DNA of 33,165 bases from Pseudomonadota bacterium (lineage in GTDB: Bacteria; Chloroflexota; Ktedonobacteria; Ktedonobacterales; JACDGC01), in NCBI GenBank assembly GCA_021323815.1, contig JAJPKG010000445.1, forward strand, positions 1-33,165, read 5' to 3'. The notes under the pieces are model-generated. The model saw nothing but the letters and a program-made list of their open reading frames with translations, did no database searches and was not told the origin of the DNA. Each line of letters begins with the position of its first letter. Position 1 is the first letter of the stretch. Position numbers and translations under genes: made by a program. Positions 26,549-33,165 of this stretch are shown here, piece after piece.

Positions 26549-27025
26549 CTAAGATCCTTTGGCTGCCTTGCGCGCCCGCTGGATCTGCGCCGCGTGGTCA
26601 TGAGCATGGGCGGCATAGATCTCCAGCCAGGTCTCGGTGGAATAGGGGCCGCTCTCGCTGTGCGTGCCGGCGCGCTGCCAGTCTGCCTCGCTCATACAGT
26701 CCAAGATCGTCACCGTCGATTCACGCGCCGCCCGCAACGCCGCCAGTGAGGTTTCGATGGGGCGCTGGCGATAATACAGCCGGCGGGCGAACTCCTCCTC
26801 GTTATACCCCTGGATGAACGGATTTTCCTCCGCCAGCAAGCGGCGCAAGCGAATGGCCGAGGTCATCTCGCTATCGGCCAGATGATGCACAATTTCCCTG
26901 ACAGACCATCCGTCGGGCGGCATTGCATCCAGCTCGGCGTCTGTGATCCCCGCTAACGCTTCTATAACAACACGATAGCCGTCCCGATAGCGTGCGATCA
27001 ATGCCTGGCGTCGTACAGTATCCAC
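26549..27025 (-). CDS. DinB-family (DinB_2-like four-helix bundle) protein
   Basis: Typical DinB-fold markers: W.VREIVHHLADSE, ESGPYSTETWLEIYAAHAHDHAAQI. I place the start at GTG 27025, 7 nt after GGGGAAAGG. The 314-aa track ORF extends upstream into murA in another frame. Confidence 0.75.
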   Translation of the reverse strand: MDTVRRQALIARYRDGYRVVIEALAGITDAELDAMPPDGWSVREIVHHLADSEMTSAIRLRRLLAEENPFIQGYNEEEFARRLYYRQRPIETSLAALRAARESTVTILDCMSEADWQRAGTHSESGPYSTETWLEIYAAHAHDHAAQIQRARKAAKGS

Positions 27026-27134
27026 GTGAGTACCTTTCCCCAATGAAGGCAAGCACATTCGTGCGGTGTATTTCCGTTTCCTAGCATAGCACATCTTTAT
27101 GGGGTGCTCCATCGATGCTATCGTCGTGACAGCC

Positions 27135-28511
27135 TCACACGTCGTCTGGCAGGGGAGCATCTTCGCCCAATTTTTCGATGTGCGCGCCCAGCGTCTTGAG
27201 TTTGGCGTCAAGCTGTTCGTAGCCACGTTCGATATGTTCGATGCCATAGACCGTCGAAGTGCCATTGGCGCACAGAGCCGCGACGATATAGGAGCAGCCT
27301 GCGCGAATATCGGGAATATCCAGCGTGGTGGCATGCAGCGGTGTGGGACCACGAATGATGGCGCTGTGATAAAACTCGCGCTCACGGAAGCGGCACGGCA
27401 ACTCGCCCAGGCACTTGGAATATAACCCGATGTCGGCCCCCATCTGGCGCAGCGTGGCGGTGTAGCCGAAGCGGTCTTCATAGAGCGTCTCATGCACCAC
27501 CGACATGCCCCGCGCCTGCGTCAGCAGCACCGTGAAGGGCTGCTGCCAGTCAGTCATGAAGCCGGGATGCACATCCGTTTCGATGGCGATGGAGCGCGGC
27601 GGCCATTCACCCCCGCCGAAGCGGATGCCGTCGTCTTCCACGCTGAAATCCAGCCCAACGCGATAGAGCGTGTTCAGGAAGGTCAGCAGGTGTTCCTGGT
27701 TGGCATCCAGCAGTTTGATGTTGCCATGCGTCACATAGGCTGCGACGGCCAGCGATACCCCTTCCATCCGGTCCGCCAGAATGCGGTGATCCGCCCCGTG
27801 CAGGCGCGGCACGCCCTCGATGACGATCTTGCGGTCGGTGCGCTGCTCGATGATCGCGCCCATCTTTTGCAGGAACTTGATCAGATCCAAAATCTCCGGC
27901 TCGATGGCGGCGTTCTGGATGATGGTGACACCTTTGGCGAGTGTGGCGGCGATGATCAACGTCTCGGTTGCGCCGACGCTGGGAAATGGCAACTTGATGG
28001 TGGTGCCGCGCAGTTGGCTGGCCTGAAAATGATATGCTCCTTCGCGCACCTCCATCTGCGCGCCCATCTGAATCAGCCCATCCACGTGGAAATTGATCGG
28101 GCGCGGGCCGATGCGATCCCCACCGGGGAACGGCACCACCGCCTGGCCGGTGCGATGCAGCAACGGACCGGCGGTGAGGATGGCGAGGCGATTCTTGCGG
28201 CCATATTCCAGCGGAATGACATGGTTCGTCACGTCGGGCGTGGAGATGGTAACGGTGCTGTCATCATGCCAGGTGAGCTGCGTGCCCAGCGATTGCACCA
28301 CCGCGCTGGTGATGCTGACATCGCCCACGTGCCGGGGCGCGTTGCGCAGCCGCGTGGGTTCTTCTGACAGCAGCGACGCGACAATCATCTTGGTGACGGC
28401 ATTCTTCGTGCCGCTCAGCCGCACCTCACCCGTCAGCGGCACCCCACCCTCGATGACATAGCGCGAATAGCGGGGAGGATGAACGGCGTTCTCGGAATTC
28501 ACAGCAACCAC
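27135..28511 (-). CDS. murA: UDP-N-acetylglucosamine 1-carboxyvinyltransferase
   Basis: Full-length MurA: LSGTKNA, PGGDRIGPRPINFH active-site loop, DTVTI-type repeats. GTG 28511 lies 9 nt after AAGGAG. Confidence 0.95.
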   Translation of the reverse strand: MVAVNSENAVHPPRYSRYVIEGGVPLTGEVRLSGTKNAVTKMIVASLLSEEPTRLRNAPRHVGDVSITSAVVQSLGTQLTWHDDSTVTISTPDVTNHVIPLEYGRKNRLAILTAGPLLHRTGQAVVPFPGGDRIGPRPINFHVDGLIQMGAQMEVREGAYHFQASQLRGTTIKLPFPSVGATETLIIAATLAKGVTIIQNAAIEPEILDLIKFLQKMGAIIEQRTDRKIVIEGVPRLHGADHRILADRMEGVSLAVAAYVTHGNIKLLDANQEHLLTFLNTLYRVGLDFSVEDDGIRFGGGEWPPRSIAIETDVHPGFMTDWQQPFTVLLTQARGMSVVHETLYEDRFGYTATLRQMGADIGLYSKCLGELPCRFREREFYHSAIIRGPTPLHATTLDIPDIRAGCSYIVAALCANGTSTVYGIEHIERGYEQLDAKLKTLGAHIEKLGEDAPLPDDV

Positions 28512-28733
28512 GCGGCATAGCTCCTTTCATTTGCAAGCGTAGCATACCGTTTCAGGCTGCATCTCGTCAATGCATTTGCCCCGAAGCGCCCACGAGATCG
28601 GGACCAACGGCACTTCGCGCGGAAAGAAACGCGCGGCATACTTCTGATGTGACGCCGCGTCCGCGCGAGGGAACGCAACGGTCGCGGTGCACTCCTGATC
28701 TTTCCCGCATCTTTGAAAGGAACTTCACCGCTT

Positions 28734-29045
28734 ATGAAGAAGCGCCGCTCGTTCATCCGCCGCATGCCCGCATTGCTGTTTCTCGCCGCCGGCGTCGGCG
28801 TGGCCGTGATGGCCAGCCGCGAAGATGGCCGCGAAAAACTGGCCCAGTTCGGCGAAGCCCTCGGCAAAGGCTTCGAGACCGCCAGCGCCAAACTGGAAAG
28901 CGCTCGCCAGTTCGCCACCGAGTATGTCGAACAACTTCAGCGCCGGGGCGATGCCAGCTATCCCGCCTACCACACCCACTATCAGCCGGCTCAATATCAG
29001 CCGAACGGCAGCCAGCACCAGAGCGAATATACTCACGCTGGCTAG
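28734..29045 (+). CDS. Small membrane-anchored protein with YtxH-like architecture
   Basis: MKKRRSFIRR, then a TM helix (MPALLFLAAGVGVAVMA), a helical charged region and a Tyr/His/Gln-rich tail. The resemblance to YtxH is architectural only. Confidence 0.55.
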   Translation: MKKRRSFIRRMPALLFLAAGVGVAVMASREDGREKLAQFGEALGKGFETASAKLESARQFATEYVEQLQRRGDASYPAYHTHYQPAQYQPNGSQHQSEYTHAG

Positions 29046-29418
29046 GCCCCGTCCCCTGACCCCCTCCCCAGCCGAGCTGGAGAGGGGAGCAAAACTGGCA
29101 CCAGTTCAGCCTTTATCGAATGGCTGAGAAGTCGTGCAACATTCGCGGGATTTGCATTATGAGGGAGATCAGCATCAAAAACAAAATGAACTAACGGAGC
29201 GGCGTAACGAATTTCGAGCGATTAACGGTCCCATGTGCAGATGCTGGCCGAAATTCCTCTTTGTGTTTATGAGCCAATTGCAGCTTCTGTCGATTGTTGT
29301 GCAGAGTGTCAACGCGCTACAATGAACGATGAACGATGGGCGTGTAAACGTCAACAAGCTATTTTAGGGACGCTTGCTGTTGTAGGATGGCAAGCGTTAT
29401 GATCCAAAGGGAAACATC

Positions 29419-30408
29419 ATGCGAATCCTGGCGAATGAAGACGCGCAGATGGCGAACGCGCTGGCGGAACGGTTGCGCCGCGAAGCGCCGGATGTGGCGC
29501 TGACCCTGATCGGGCGCGACGGCACGCCACGCGGCCCAGTGGCGGATGCCGAGATCCTCTTTCGCTTCAACATGACCAACACCAGCCTGGTGGCGATGTT
29601 GCAAGCCGCGCCGAACGTGCGCTGGGTGCATACCGGCAGCGCGGGGGTGGATCGCTTCATCGGCCTCGTCCAGCAATACGCGCCGCAGGCCGTGCTGACG
29701 AATAGCTCCGGCACCATGTCGCAGCCCATCGCCGAATTCGCGCTGGGCTTGATGTTCGCCGCCGCCAAGCAATTGCCGTTGTTTATCCATGCCCAGCAGC
29801 GCCACGAATGGCTCAAGAGCCGCGACCATCTGCCGGAATTGCGCGACATCCACGGCAGCCGGCTGCTGATCCTGGGGTTAGGCAGCATCGGGCAGACATT
29901 GGCGCGCCTGGCATCGGGGGTGAGCATGCGCGTTGCCGGCGTGCGCCGCACCCCGCTGGCTGCCGATGAGCAGATCCCGCACGTCGAGCAGGTCTTTGCC
30001 CAGGATGGCAACTGGCGCGCGTTGCTGCCGGAGATGGATTTTGTCGCCGTGTGCCTGCCACTGACCCCCGCCACGCGCAACCTCATCAGCACAGCCGAAC
30101 TGGCCGCGCTGCCTTCGCGCGCCTGGCTCGTCAACATCTCGCGGGGAGCGATCATCGACGAGGCCGCGCTGATCGCCGCGCTCAGGGAAAAGCGCATCGG
30201 CGGGGCCGCGCTGGACGTGACGCAGACCGAGCCGCTGCCGCCCGACAGTCCCTTGTGGGATCTGCCCAACGTCATCCTCACGCCGCACATCTCCTGGCAA
30301 TCGCCCGGCGACGATGCCCGCGCGCTGGATCTCTTCATGGAGAATCTGCGCCGCTACCGCGCTGGCGAGCCGTTGCTCAACGTTGTGCCGTTCGACGTGG
30401 GCTATTGA
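29419..30408 (+). CDS. D-isomer-specific 2-hydroxyacid dehydrogenase family protein (NAD-binding)
   Basis: LLILGLGSIGQ (GxGxxG), VNISRGAIIDEAAL, GAALDV, LTPHISW. RBS AAGGGA lies 6 nt upstream. Confidence 0.9.
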   Translation: MRILANEDAQMANALAERLRREAPDVALTLIGRDGTPRGPVADAEILFRFNMTNTSLVAMLQAAPNVRWVHTGSAGVDRFIGLVQQYAPQAVLTNSSGTMSQPIAEFALGLMFAAAKQLPLFIHAQQRHEWLKSRDHLPELRDIHGSRLLILGLGSIGQTLARLASGVSMRVAGVRRTPLAADEQIPHVEQVFAQDGNWRALLPEMDFVAVCLPLTPATRNLISTAELAALPSRAWLVNISRGAIIDEAALIAALREKRIGGAALDVTQTEPLPPDSPLWDLPNVILTPHISWQSPGDDARALDLFMENLRRYRAGEPLLNVVPFDVGY

Positions 30409-30647
30409 GGCTGCAACAGGCCGTTTTCCTGCACCAACGCAAGATCCAGCATTTGATAGCCGGATTCCGCGAACAGCACGGTGATGGTGTCGCCCTCATA
30501 GCCCATCACCGTCCCCGTGCCTAACAACGTGTGCCGCACGCGGCTGCCCAGCGGAAAAGAGATTTCCAGCGCGATGGCGGGTATGACTTTGCCGGCCAGG
30601 CAGTTATCACATTTGTTGCACGGCGGGGTAAAAATCGAAAATTTCAT
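30402..30647 (-). CDS. Small protein with a UvrD/PcrA C-terminal (Tudor-like, DUF3553-type) motif
   Basis: GSRVRHTLLGTGTVMGYEGDTITVLFAESGYQMLDLALV resembles the conserved G.RV.H..FG.G.V...V.F motif. The N-terminal CNKCDNC stretch and the ATG have no RBS and overlap the upstream ORF by 41 nt, so the start is uncertain. Confidence 0.45.
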   Translation of the reverse strand: MKFSIFTPPCNKCDNCLAGKVIPAIALEISFPLGSRVRHTLLGTGTVMGYEGDTITVLFAESGYQMLDLALVQENGLLQPQ

Positions 30648-30927
30648 CTGGCTTGAGAGGCGTAATAAAGACGATATCGCCTGAAATCGATGGTTTTTCC
30701 AGTTCGGGAAAGTTCAGTTCTTTCACCACGCTGCCAATCAACATATGTTGTAAGGGCAATTGTGGAATAAATGGCAGTGTCCTTGTTGTTGGCAATCCAC
30801 CCGGCACAATCTCCAGCACCGTCGCCGGTATCATCCCGATCATTTCTGAACACAGAAGGCGGCGCATCATCTCGCGCAACAATGCTGCCTCATCGCGTCC
30901 CGCTCCGTTCATTGACGATTCATCCAT
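30607..30927 (-). CDS. Hypothetical 106-aa protein coupled to the AAC(3) gene
   Basis: The ATG lies 8 nt after GAGGAG, which itself overlaps the AAC(3) stop codon. The ORF lies in a region of clearly lower G+C. No family recognised. Confidence 0.55.
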   Translation of the reverse strand: MDESSMNGAGRDEAALLREMMRRLLCSEMIGMIPATVLEIVPGGLPTTRTLPFIPQLPLQHMLIGSVVKELNFPELEKPSISGDIVFITPLKPDEIFDFYPAVQQM

Positions 30928-30939
30928 TGCTGATGCTCC

Positions 30940-31740
30940 TCATTCGTATTTCCGGCGCAGCCAGGCTTCGGCGAAAGCGACCATCGCGGGTTGCGAGAGC
31001 AGTTTGGCGGTGGCCGAGCCGACCTGACCGATGCGAAACGGGTGCAATGCCTCGAAGGCTGCGCCGATCTCAGGGAAATCCTCGGTGGTAAGGTCGATAT
31101 CCTGATATTCACGCCAGACGCGCTGGCCGTTCTCGAAACGCGCTGCGCCCCGCTGCAACAGCGCCGCACAGGCCGGCACGCGGTATTGCGCCAGGTGCAG
31201 CGAGGTATTCGAGTCGTGACCCACCCCCAGCAGCAGGATGTAACCCCCACAATCAGCGATGCGCCGCAGCGGTGACGTTTCGCTCAGCCCGAAATCCAGC
31301 GCGTGCTCAGCCATCAGCCATTCGGCATCGCGCCCCACCGCCGCAAACGAGACGGCAGGGTGATCGCTGCGCACGCTGCCCGGCCAGGTGCGCACCAGTT
31401 CCGCGATGACGCCCATATGCTCCGATGGCGTCAGGCGCGGATCAAACGCGGGCAGGTTGGCACGGATGATGGGCCACCAGCTTTCCGGCACCGGCGGATT
31501 TGTCCAATATTCAGGATCGGAGTTCACCGTTGTCTGGGTTGGCACCACCAGTGTTCCAGCAGGCGTCAGTACGTCCAGCAGCGCCTGCACCACTGCGACC
31601 GCTCCGCCGCAGACCCATCCCAGGCTGGACAGCGACGAGTGCAGGATGACAATCATCCCCGGCTCCAACCCCAGCGCGCGCAGATCCGTTGCCAGGCTTG
31701 CACGCGTGCGTGGTTCCTGCGTCTCGGCCTCGATGCTCAT
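30940..31740 (-). CDS. Aminoglycoside N(3)-acetyltransferase family (AAC(3)/Antibiotic_NAT) protein
   Basis: Family-typical N-terminus LATDLRALGLEPGMIVILHSSLSSLGWVCGGAVAVVQALLDVLTPAGTLVVPTQT, and later LLLGVGHDSNTSLHLAQY. Confidence 0.88.
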   Translation of the reverse strand: MSIEAETQEPRTRASLATDLRALGLEPGMIVILHSSLSSLGWVCGGAVAVVQALLDVLTPAGTLVVPTQTTVNSDPEYWTNPPVPESWWPIIRANLPAFDPRLTPSEHMGVIAELVRTWPGSVRSDHPAVSFAAVGRDAEWLMAEHALDFGLSETSPLRRIADCGGYILLLGVGHDSNTSLHLAQYRVPACAALLQRGAARFENGQRVWREYQDIDLTTEDFPEIGAAFEALHPFRIGQVGSATAKLLSQPAMVAFAEAWLRRKYE

Positions 31741-31764
31741 GTGATTTTTACCCTATTCTTCGAG

Positions 31765-31789
31765 GAGACCAATGAAAACGATTGGTCTC
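31765..31789 (-). terminator. Intergenic hairpin between the TPR gene and the AAC(3) gene
   Basis: GAGACCAAT / ATTGGTCTC 9-bp stem with a 7-nt loop. No T-run follows, so terminator function is uncertain. Confidence 0.35.
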
Positions 31790-31796
31790 TCATCAT

Positions 31797-33165
31797 CTAC
31801 CGCGCCAACCGCCGCAGATCGCTGAGGCGCTTGGCCTGCGTTTTGAGCACATCCGCGAAGGCTTTGTCGTCAGACTCTTTGGCGGCGCGGTTCAGCACGT
31901 CCTCGAATTGCCTGAGCGCGTCGGAGATGGCCGCTTTGCCAGACTTGTTCGCCTCGGCGGCATAGCCGCGCACGATCTCCCCGGCGCGGTCCGGCTGGTC
32001 GGCGCGCACCGCCGTGAAGGCCGCTTCGGCGAAGAGGGGCATCATGCTTTCCAGATACGCCCCGCGCTCATTGCGGTCGCTCAGCCGCCCGGCGATCTCG
32101 CCGACGATGCGCATCGCCTCATCAAACGCCGGCTGGGCGTGGGCGAAATCCTCGTTATCCAGCGCCACGCGGGCCAGGCCGTGCTGCGCCTGGGCTTCCA
32201 GCCAGCGGTGCCGCGTCGCAGCAGCCAGATCGCGCGCGTCGGTGAAAGCGCGCAGGGCGATGTCATATTCCTCGCGCCCGCGCCGCCCCTGCGCAATAGC
32301 CAGATACGTCAGCGCCAGGGCAGCCCGCTGCTCGGTCTCGCGGAAGCGCGGCAGCATCTCTTCCAGCGCGCTGATGCCTTCTTCCCACAACTCGCGTTCC
32401 ACCAGCACGCGGCCCAAGCCAACTCGCGCCAGCCCCTCGCCCACGCGATTTTCGGCGGCGCGGTAACGCTCCGCGGCGCGGTTAAAGAGCGCAACGGCTT
32501 CGTCCAGTTGGTCTGAGCGCAACGCCAACTCGGCGCGCCACAGCAGCGCGTCGGCCTGCGCGGCCAGATCGCCCGTCGCCTCCGCCGTCTTTTCGGCGGT
32601 CGCAATCTGCACCTTTGCCACTTCCGGCAGATTGAGATCCAACGCGATCTCAGCGCGGACGAGCGCCAGCCAGGTCGTGCCTTCCGCAATGCGCCCGATC
32701 TCCAGCTTGCCCTGCGCTTCATTCAACCGCGCGCGGGCCTCATCATAGAGCGCGTCGGCAGCCAGGATGCGCGCCAACCCCAGCAGCGCCGCCCCTTCGC
32801 CGCCGAAATTGCCCTGGTGCTGGAAACGCAACCGGGCATCATTGTAAAGCTCCTCAGCCTCACCAGCATTGCCACGAGAACGAGCGACCTCGGCCAGACC
32901 AAAGACCGCCTGCGCCTCTGCCGGCGCGCTCGCCATCTCTTGCGCCAGGCTGCGCGCCTCGGTGAATTGTTCGTGCGCCTTGCGCAGATTCGAGCGGCGC
33001 AGGTGCGCCTCGCCCAGTTTTTCGGTGGAACGCGCGTAGCCCACCCGCTCTTTCAGGGCACGGAAGGTGCGCTTGGCGCGCTCCAGCACGGTGATGGCTT
33101 CCACCAGTTGTGAGCGTTGCAGGTGCAGATCGCCCAACGCCGCGTTCGCCTCGGCCTGGCCCAGC
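31797..33165 (-). CDS. Tetratricopeptide-repeat protein, C-terminal part (5' end lies beyond the window)
   Basis: At least 10 consecutive 40-aa TPR-like units (…A.A..GLA.V…G….A…Y..A). The reading frame stays open to the window edge (…LGQAEANAALGDLHLQ…). Confidence 0.85.
   Translation of the reverse strand, partial: LGQAEANAALGDLHLQRSQLVEAITVLERAKRTFRALKERVGYARSTEKLGEAHLRRSNLRKAHEQFTEARSLAQEMASAPAEAQAVFGLAEVARSRGNAGEAEELYNDARLRFQHQGNFGGEGAALLGLARILAADALYDEARARLNEAQGKLEIGRIAEGTTWLALVRAEIALDLNLPEVAKVQIATAEKTAEATGDLAAQADALLWRAELALRSDQLDEAVALFNRAAERYRAAENRVGEGLARVGLGRVLVERELWEEGISALEEMLPRFRETEQRAALALTYLAIAQGRRGREEYDIALRAFTDARDLAAATRHRWLEAQAQHGLARVALDNEDFAHAQPAFDEAMRIVGEIAGRLSDRNERGAYLESMMPLFAEAAFTAVRADQPDRAGEIVRGYAAEANKSGKAAISDALRQFEDVLNRAAKESDDKAFADVLKTQAKRLSDLRRLAR

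Noticed and set aside
27026-27493. N-terminal 156 codons of the 314-aa ORF 26549..27493, which would overlap murA by ~360 nt.
   Set aside because: The DinB-like homology begins only after GTG 27025, which has a good RBS (GGGGAAAGG). The upstream part is Ser/Ala/Arg/Pro-rich and runs in an alternative frame of the well-supported murA gene.
30600-30660. Programmed frameshift joining ORF 30607..30927 to ORF 30402..30647 at the A/T-rich GAAATTTTCGATTTTTAC stretch.
   Set aside because: The required shift is +1, and the AAATTTT run is not positioned as a canonical X XXY YYZ heptamer in the upstream frame. There is no obvious downstream stimulator. I keep it only as a possibility alongside an assembly indel.

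Overview
High-G+C bacterial chromosomal window (about 60-65% G+C by eye), mostly housekeeping genes, with no transposase, integrase, CRISPR array or phage genes that I can see. It opens in the 3' end of a 16S rRNA gene, followed by tRNA-Ile(GAT), tRNA-Ala(UGC) and, only 46 nt later, a 5S rRNA. No 23S gene lies between them. After that come: a CheY-type receiver plus multi-TM histidine kinase pair; a polytopic membrane protein; a FemAB-family peptidyltransferase; separate secD and secF (secF carries a large Pro/Thr-rich periplasmic insertion); a TM2-domain protein with a ~370-aa acidic low-complexity tail; an SLT/GH23 lytic transglycosylase; an 814-aa soluble P-loop NTPase of the VirD4/TraD/HerA-VirB4 type with an unrecognisable ~400-aa N-terminal half; gpmI; queE and queC; a SARP/BTAD regulator; a ComB-like phosphatase; a Nudix (CoA-pyrophosphatase-like) hydrolase; a four-domain rpsA behind a consensus promoter and a ~310-nt leader; two tandem P/A/Q-rich hypothetical genes; an hbd / HIT / DinB / murA co-directional cluster (MurA has Asp at the fosfomycin-target Cys position); a YtxH-like small protein; a D-2-hydroxyacid dehydrogenase; a low-G+C islet with two small overlapping ORFs next to an AAC(3)-family acetyltransferase; and a TPR protein truncated by the window end. 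Most long ORFs antisense to these genes are high-G+C shadow ORFs. The most unusual items are the 23S-less rRNA locus, the transglycosylase plus orphan coupling-protein-like ATPase neighbourhood, a ~400-460-nt non-coding, strongly CA-skewed gap at 20.4-20.8 kb, the P/A/Q-rich gene pair after rpsA, and the low-G+C islet beside AAC(3). All family assignments come from motif recognition by eye. No database search was run.
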